A stretch of 64,000 nt of DNA, from positions 121,396,001-121,460,000 of the forward strand of contig NC_043000.1 of NCBI RefSeq assembly GCF_006345805.1, read 5' to 3'. This document shows, in pieces, positions 56,990 to 64,000 of the stretch. The notes under the pieces were generated by a model. That model did not search any database. It saw only the letters and a list, made by a program, of their open reading frames with translations, and had not been told where the DNA came from. Positions within the stretch are counted from its first letter, which is position 1, and each line of letters opens with the position of its first letter. Made by a program: the position numbers and the translations under genes. The stretch is from Octopus sinensis (lineage: Eukaryota).

Positions 56990-57420
56990 AAATGAGAGGG
57001 AGACAGGGAGGGCGAGAGAAAGGGTGAGAGAGAGGGAGAGAGAAAATTAATGAGAGAAATAGAGAGAAGATTAATGAGTGAGCGAGAGAGAGAAAATTAG
57101 TGAGAGAGAGAGAGAGAGAGAAAATTAGTGGGGGAGAGAGAGAGAGAGAGATAAAATATTAGTGAATGAAAGAGAAGATTAGTGAGTGAGTGAGAAAGAG
57201 AGGAATTTATGGAGTGAGAGAGGGAAAATTAGTGAGTGGGAGAGAGAGAGAAAATTATTGAGTGAGAGAGAGGAGAGAGAGAGAAAATTAGTGAGTGAGT
57301 GCGCGAGAAAAAATTAGTGTGTGAGAGACAGAGAAAATTGATGAGAGAGAAAAAATTAACCAGTGAGTGAGAGGAAATTTGTGAGTGGAGAGAGAAAATC
57401 AGTTTTGAGAGAGAGAGTGC
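56990..57420. repeat. GA-rich degenerate minisatellite (gagagaaaattagtgag units)
   Basis: Visible reiteration. Confidence 0.8.
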
Positions 57421-57932
57421 GTGAATGTGTATACATGTGCTTACTGAAGACACCGAAGGAGTAACATGTGTCTTCAAGTATATTATTATAGATGTCGAAT
57501 AATTCTATGATAGACAGTAAAAATAAAACGTTACAAGTTTTATGTTTAAATGTTTCTGTATCTTCTATCTTTCAATGTGCTTCTCCATCTGTCTTTCCGA
57601 CACTGATAAATACATCCACGTTATTCAAGACAGATGGATGGTTAGATATATTGATAGCATAAATAAAGTGAAGTACTCTTAGTGTGCAAAACTAGTAGCT
57701 TTGGATGATACGCACTTAAGTGCTCAGCTCAAAGGGTCTGGTCATACTGGGGCACTACTATTATTCAGTTTTTCTTTCTATATTAGGTTTAAATTTTAGA
57801 TACTACTTCTAATTTCTAGAATAGGTTGATATATGGATTTTCAGGAAGTAAACTAGATATGATATATATAATATATATATATATATATATACATATACAT
57901 ACATACACACACACACACACACGCGCGCATAT

Positions 57933-57965
<33 letters not shown>

Positions 57966-58007
57966 GCATATAGATACATACATATATACATACATATATA
58001 TATATAT

Positions 58008-58630
58008 AGTAAGCAATAAAGGGTTTAGCAACGAATTGCCTTACCACATACCGAACTCAGAAATAGCAGTCAAAGAGTTATAGCTATTTCTTCTACTAAA
58101 AAGGGAGATCTCAGTAAAAACAGCAATTGGAAGGCAGACACAAACAGGTAAGAGAGAATGAATTGACGGCAATCTATCATACAATTTTAAGTTATCTACG
58201 GACGCACGTTTCGAAATCAAGTTTTTAGGAAAGCATAAGAATTAATTATTGAATAATTCTACCTTACCAAAACTTCTTTTCTCTTCAGCGTAGAATACTA
58301 TAATCATAAATGATTATATATTGAATTTTGAGATACTAGAAGGCACCAACTCAACTCAGTATCAGAGCGAGCTAGAATCCGCAACTAGTATCACTAAATT
58401 CAAAGTGTGAATGAAAAGATTGTGTCACCAGCCCCTTCCCACCCGCGTGTAGCCAAAACAAGATGCTGTGGTCATCTACTGAGATAAAATATGGTTATCC
58501 GTAATAATGAAGGGTGAAATTAATTAATTTGGAATAATTATCAATTACACCAAGTAGTCTTCGGCATGTAAAAGCCTCATTCGAGGAAAATTTAAGTAAT
58601 ACTAAGCAATAAAAGGTTTAGCAAAATCTA
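58008..58630 (-). mobile_element. Probable PLE terminal unit with hammerhead, partially tandem
   Basis: Abuts (TA)n; taagcaataaa.ggtttagcaa repeated at 58010 and 58602. Confidence 0.6.
58195..58294 (-). ncRNA. Type I hammerhead ribozyme (canonical core, long stem II)
   Basis: UCUACG-CUGAAGA-GAAA..AAGUUUU...AAAACUU..UUUC-GAAA-CG ug CG-UC^-CGUAGA; 6-bp stem I, GUC triplet. Confidence 0.82.
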
Positions 58631-59232
58631 AGCTAAGAGTATTAAATTTCTGGGGAGAAAGCAAGCAAATGTGTACGACAACAAAGACAAAACACGGAGA
58701 ACATGTTTCACAATTACAAATACAAACAAGAAAATAACAGCAGGTATCTTTCGACGCAAGAGATATATGAATTAATATACAGAGAGGTAGGTATATTAAT
58801 AGGTATAAAAATGAATGAAATGCCCGGAGTGTGTCCTGTGGCTAAAACCTCCTAAAAAGATGGGGAATAGGCCTGGGTATATAATAAAAATGGATACATA
58901 GTTAAACTGTTATGGATTTAAAATAAATGGAAATTATTTTGTTTAGTAAAATAGTTTGGACTGACGCATGTTACTGATAATTGTAGTGCTGTAGCTTCGG
59001 TAGGTATATGGGGTAACGGAAGTAGCGTTGACTGTTGGCAAGCGAAATGTGTAGTGTTTTATATTTATATTCTTATATCGCTCTTTAAGAAACGCATATA
59101 TTGTGGTGCAATTAATTATCGTTCATCAATAGAATCATATTTGTTTATAAAATATAAATAATGATAAAAGCTACTTGATAACCAAGAGAAAGAAGGAGAA
59201 GATTTAGGTTGCAACGTAGACAGCAGATGAGT

Positions 59233-59343
59233 GGAGGCTCAATGGCCCAGTGGTTAGGGCAGCGGACTCCCGGTCGTAAGAGCGCGGATACGATTCCCAG
59301 ACCGGGCATTGAAAGTGTTTATTGAGCAAAAACACCTAAGCTC
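59233..59343 (+). mobile_element. SINE family C-like head
   Basis: ggaggctcaatggcccagtggttagggcagcggactc...cgattcccagaccgggc...ttgagcaaaaacac. Confidence 0.7.
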
Positions 59344-59759
59344 GTAAAAAAAGCCACCATATACGGAAAAAGGGTAACAACGTAGCCTTCGCGCCCTTGC
59401 AACCGCCAGTCTATCGTGCGTGGTGAGTGAATTTTCAATGTTGCCTTACGCATTCTTAGTAGCTTAGAGTAGGCTCGAATTAGAGATTATTCTTTGTGGT
59501 TAATGGCATGAGTCCTGGAAGAAGAAGAAGAAGAAGGAGAAGAAGAAGAAGACATTCGCTGAGGGCCGAATTACTAGACGCATGGGTGTAGTATCCTAGA
59601 ATATGAAAAATTATATATGAAAAAGAAAGCAGTCAGTATTTACGACAGATGAGAGAGTGAGAAATATATAAATGGACGAGAAAGACACAGAAACAGGAAA
59701 CACATTGTTGAATTTAACATCAGTGGTGTCATGAATATTGTACGTAGATATCGTGAAAG

Positions 59760-59988
59760 TGGCGAGCTGGCAGAAACTTTAGCACGCCGGGCGAAATTCG
59801 TAGCCGTATTTCGTCTACCGTTGCGTTCTGAGTTCAAATTACCCCGAGGTCGATTTTGCCTTTCATCCTTTCGGGGTCGATAAATTAAGTCCCAGTTACG
59901 CACTGAGGTCGATATAATCGACTTAATCCGTTTGTCTGTTCTTGTTTGTCCCCTCTTTGTTTAGCCCCTTGTGGGTAGTAAAGAAATA
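59760..59988 (+). mobile_element. SINE family B with a 25-bp TSD
   Basis: gaatattgtacgtaga(t/c)atcgtgaa at 59733-59757 and 59989-60013. Confidence 0.92.
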
Positions 59989-61164
59989 GAATATTGTACG
60001 TAGACATCGTGAAGCTCAACGTGTAAAAACGTAGCTCTCAAAGATGTTGATAGTGTGTCTTTAGTACTAGCTACGTGGACATTTATAAATGCCAGAAATG
60101 AAAGTCTTCAGAAAAATATATTATTCCATCTTTGAATATTCAAATTTGTCGTGAAATTTCCGTGGGTGATGCTAGTATGCATAAATTCGCCTATAATATG
60201 TTGCTGATAAGATGTTGTAATCGGATATAAGATCAGTGGGCGTGTTAGGTGCTACACTGAACATTGTCGCAACCATATTCTTACAGTAAAGAAAATTTCA
60301 TATGAGGCTGATCGTTGAAATTGTTAAATAGCTTGAAGCGATATTATATATAAACTTACTTTGAAAGTTACAGCAGGCATCAGTGTTTGCCATAACAGAA
60401 TAATTAAATTTAGTGAGGAAATATATATAATACTGCTCTAAATCTCGTACAAAATACAATATTTCACAAAATTGGATATAAAGGAATGCAAAGATGACTA
60501 TAAATTTGTAGTGAAATATTGATCCTACCCGACATTCTTTTCTAATTAACTTTTTATGTACTCATATTGCTGACGATTATGTTAATTTTATCACTGTCGC
60601 CCATTTCATTTCATTTTAATTCGATGTGCATTTATTAAAACAAAATGAAAAGAAAATTGAGCCAAACATAAGACAGTTGCTTAAGTGACTCCAGTTATAT
60701 CAGATATTAAGGTTTTACGTTATTTTTTATTACACAATTAAGATAGTGGCAATAAACATGACAATTATCAATGATGTAATTCGAAAATATATTGTACTTT
60801 CATTTCGAAAATTAAATGCTAAACTGTTCAGATATAAACCAGTCAAAATAGCGTTGCATAAAAAATTGACTTAAAATTTATTGCGATATTTTAATTTTCA
60901 GTTGTAACGAGTGAAATACATTGTGTTTTATATTTGGTTGTACACCGAGAACATCATCAAATATTTGTATGGAAAATACAAACACATAAAACCTAAACGA
61001 TTATCTATCAAGTACTTAAAAATAAAATTGGTAACTAGAAGAATTGATTTTGTCAGATAGCGTATGGTACAAAAGTTGGTTAAAGCATATAAGAATTCCT
61101 AGAATCGTGTTCGATACTGGTATATCCTCAACATTTTATTTTATTCGTGGTACTAGCTGTACCA

Positions 61165-61609
61165 CGGCGAGCTGGCAGAAACGTTAGCACGCCGGGCGAA
61201 ATGCGTAGTCGTATTTCGTCTGCCGTTACGTTGTGAGTTCAAATTCCGCCGAGGTCGACTTTGCCTTTCATACTTTCGGGGTTGATAAATTAAGTAACAG
61301 TTACGTACTGGGGTCGATGTAATCGTCTTGATACCTATGTCTGTCCTTGTTTGTCCCCTCTATGTTTAGTCCCTTGTGGGTAATAAAGAAACAGGTATTT
61401 CGTCTGCCACTACGATCTGAGTTCAAATTCCGCCTAAGTCGACTTTGTCTTTCATCATTTCGACGTTAATAAATTAAGAATCAGTTACCTTTCAGGGTCG
61501 ATTAAATAAGTACCAATTACGCACTGGGGTCGATGTAATCGACTTAATCCGTTTGTCTGTCCTTGTTTGTCCCCTCTGTGTTTAGCCCCTTATGGGTAGT
61601 AAAGAAATA
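61165..61609 (+). mobile_element. Multimeric SINE family B with an 11-bp TSD
   Basis: gtactagctgt at 61150-61160 and 61611-61621; internal units restart at gtatttcgtctgcc. Confidence 0.9.
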
Positions 61610-61699
61610 TGTACTAGCTGTTTTCTGTCTATCATTTCTTTCTCCCCTTTCTTGCGCACACACAGACATACACACATACACACACACGCACACACACAT

Positions 61700-62056
61700 A
61701 TGCAATGTGAAGAAACAAAAGATCTGGTAATTCAATCCGCAAACATGATGCCGATGAGAGATGAATATAAAGGACAATTGTACATGAAAGATTAAAATAT
61801 ATATAAAAATGTGTAACTCATTTTTCCTACTCTTTTTACTTGTTCAGTCATGCTGGAGCACCACCTTTAGTCCAGCAATTCTACCCCAGGACTTATTCTT
61901 TGTAAGACTAGTACTTAATCTACCAGTCTCTTTTGCCGAACCGCTAAGTTACGGGGACGTAAACACACCATCATCGGTTGTAAAGCGACGTTGAGGGGAC
62001 TAAGACAGACACAACAAACGTATACACAGGCATATATATATATATATATTATATAT

Positions 62057-62090
<34 letters not shown>

Positions 62091-62815
62091 CATATATACG
62101 ACAGGCTTCTCTCAGTTTCCATATACTAAATCCACTCACAAGGTTTGATCGGTCTGAGGCTATAATAGAAGACACTTGCCCAAGGTGCCACGCAGTGGGA
62201 CTGAACCCGGAACCATGTGGTTCGTAAGCAAGCTACTTACCATGCAGCAACTCTTATGCCTAGTAAATAAATATATTAAAAGTAGATAAATATATTAAAA
62301 ATATATGTCTGTAAAGTAATAGATTTTAAAGAATCTCCGGCTGGAGACATACATACGTTAAATCTTGCGTGTATAGATAAAAATGTTGGATAAAGTCTGA
62401 AGTGGTTATGGAAGCTAACTAAAAGATACAAGGAGGAGCGAAGTCAAGATTCGGGATATTTAAAATTAGTTAAAGTATAATGCCCAAATAGCAGAGAATG
62501 GGGGCCCTACTTTAATTTTAATTATCCCGAATCTTATCTTCGCCCCTCACTGTTCATTTCCATCCCCACTTTAGAGTTTCCCCAGCGTTTTGATCTATAC
62601 ACGCATGCCTTAACGTTTTTATGTCTCCTCCATCTGGAGATTCTTTAAAATGTATTAGTTTACACAAATATATTTTAGATAAATATATTAATTTATACAT
62701 TAAAATATGCCTGTGTATCTTTAAATCTATCATGTACAATTGTCCTTTAAATCCACCTCTAATCGGAGTCATGTTTGCGGATTGAATTACCATGTCTTTT
62801 GTTTCTTTACATTTC
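61700..62815. repeat. Old inverted repeat with the left arm split by a SINE A
   Basis: 61700-61805 matches the reverse complement of 62700-62815; 62290-62470 matches the reverse complement of 62510-62690. Confidence 0.75.
61828..62262 (-). mobile_element. Full-length SINE family A
   Basis: Head, core, internal TA run and tail present. Confidence 0.9.
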
Positions 62816-63490
62816 ATATTTATGTTTTTCGTTTCAAGTTACTCTTGTGCACTTCTAAGTCCAAACCTCTATAGTGTGAGAGTATTTCTAATCAATCTTC
62901 TTTCGCAAAAGAACTATATATATGTAAGGAATGAAAAAATAAAACAAACAGCAATCGTTTCATTGCAGAGTAATGCTTGTTACATAAGTTGTAGCTTTCA
63001 CAGAACCAGCTTAGAGGATTTCGTTTTATCGTATAGTGTCCACCTTTACTCATCTATACGGGTTACATACATGCTCACAGCTTACTAACTTTCTCAAGTT
63101 GGATCCCCCGGCCGCACTATGTGAGTGTGTGTGCAAACACAGACACCACGCAGGATGTAAAGTGCTCTGATAGCTATTGTAATACATATATGCATTTGGC
63201 TAATGTTATTCCACCATGGGATCATATATACGAAGAATTTTAATAAATCCCAGCGAGATATATTTAAACATCTTAGATTTTGAATTAAGGTACATTCTCA
63301 CTATATAATATTATTCTAATAAAATAAAAACAATTAGCTAAGTCATTTATTTGTTTAATACGTAAGGAAAATGAAAATAATTTGATATACATACATAGAT
63401 ACAAACACAGACTCACAAACACTCACAACACACACAAACACACAGATAGATATAATTATAAATATATATATATGTGTGTGTGTATATAAG

Positions 63491-63553
<63 letters not shown>

Positions 63554-63566
63554 ATAATTTATATAA

Positions 63567-63930
63567 GTAAGGATACGATCATTAATTTAAAATAAAATAA
63601 CGAACCTAACATGGAAAGAAATAACCTTCAAAGGTAATAATTATTAAAATTATAAATTAGGGTATCTACGAGATACACCCAGCTGAAAATAGCAGCCATG
63701 AACCGACTCTAAAACGCCTTAAGTTTCTAAATAGCAACATGGAGAAAAGACAAATACACAAGATGAAACTAGAATTAGAATTAGCCAATGATATTTTACT
63801 AGTTTCATCTTGTCGCTTTGTATTTTCTCCATGCTGCTATATGAAAACTTAAGGTGGTTTTACAGTCGGTTTATGGCTGTTATTTTCAGCATGGTGGTAT
63901 CTCGTAGATACCCTAACTTATAATTTCAAT
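63567..63930. mobile_element. Diverged fold-back element (arms 63643-63772 / 63799-63930, 26-nt spacer, left tail, TA flanks)
   Basis: Imperfect inverted repeat visible by eye. Confidence 0.8.
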
Positions 63931-64000
63931 ATATATATATATATAATAAATTATGAAATTATTGTCAGCAAACGTTATTATACAAGGAGAGAGATCGGAA

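Overview
AT-rich, microsatellite-saturated animal DNA, most likely an Octopus or other cephalopod genome. That call is inferred from repeat families I recognise, not database-confirmed. No intact host gene can be supported, and nearly all ORF-track entries are translated microsatellites. The window is dominated by mobile elements: three families of tRNA-derived SINEs (about 20 copies), three APE/RT LINE copies whose 3' tails resemble the tail of the commonest SINE, a degenerate RTE-type LINE end, Helitrons, mariner and hAT relics, and many Penelope-like (PLE) pieces including one with RT plus GIY-YIG. The main signal, absent from the ORF track, is a cluster of hammerhead ribozymes. Eight motifs from six sequence families fold with complete cores, three of them with a U3:A8 compensatory core, and several decayed ones are also present. 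At least seven fold-back elements share one asymmetric architecture: (TA)n | arm-loop-inverted arm | unique tail | (TA)n. Two of these carry a hammerhead in each arm. A small 18S rRNA-derived chimera shows the same fold-back signature. Weaker candidates are a decayed rhodopsin-like GPCR relic (23.3-24.7 kb) and a phase-consistent exon chain with a 9-nt microexon (44.4-45.3 kb). All alignments and folds were done by eye. Homopolymer indels between near-identical copies suggest long-read consensus errors.
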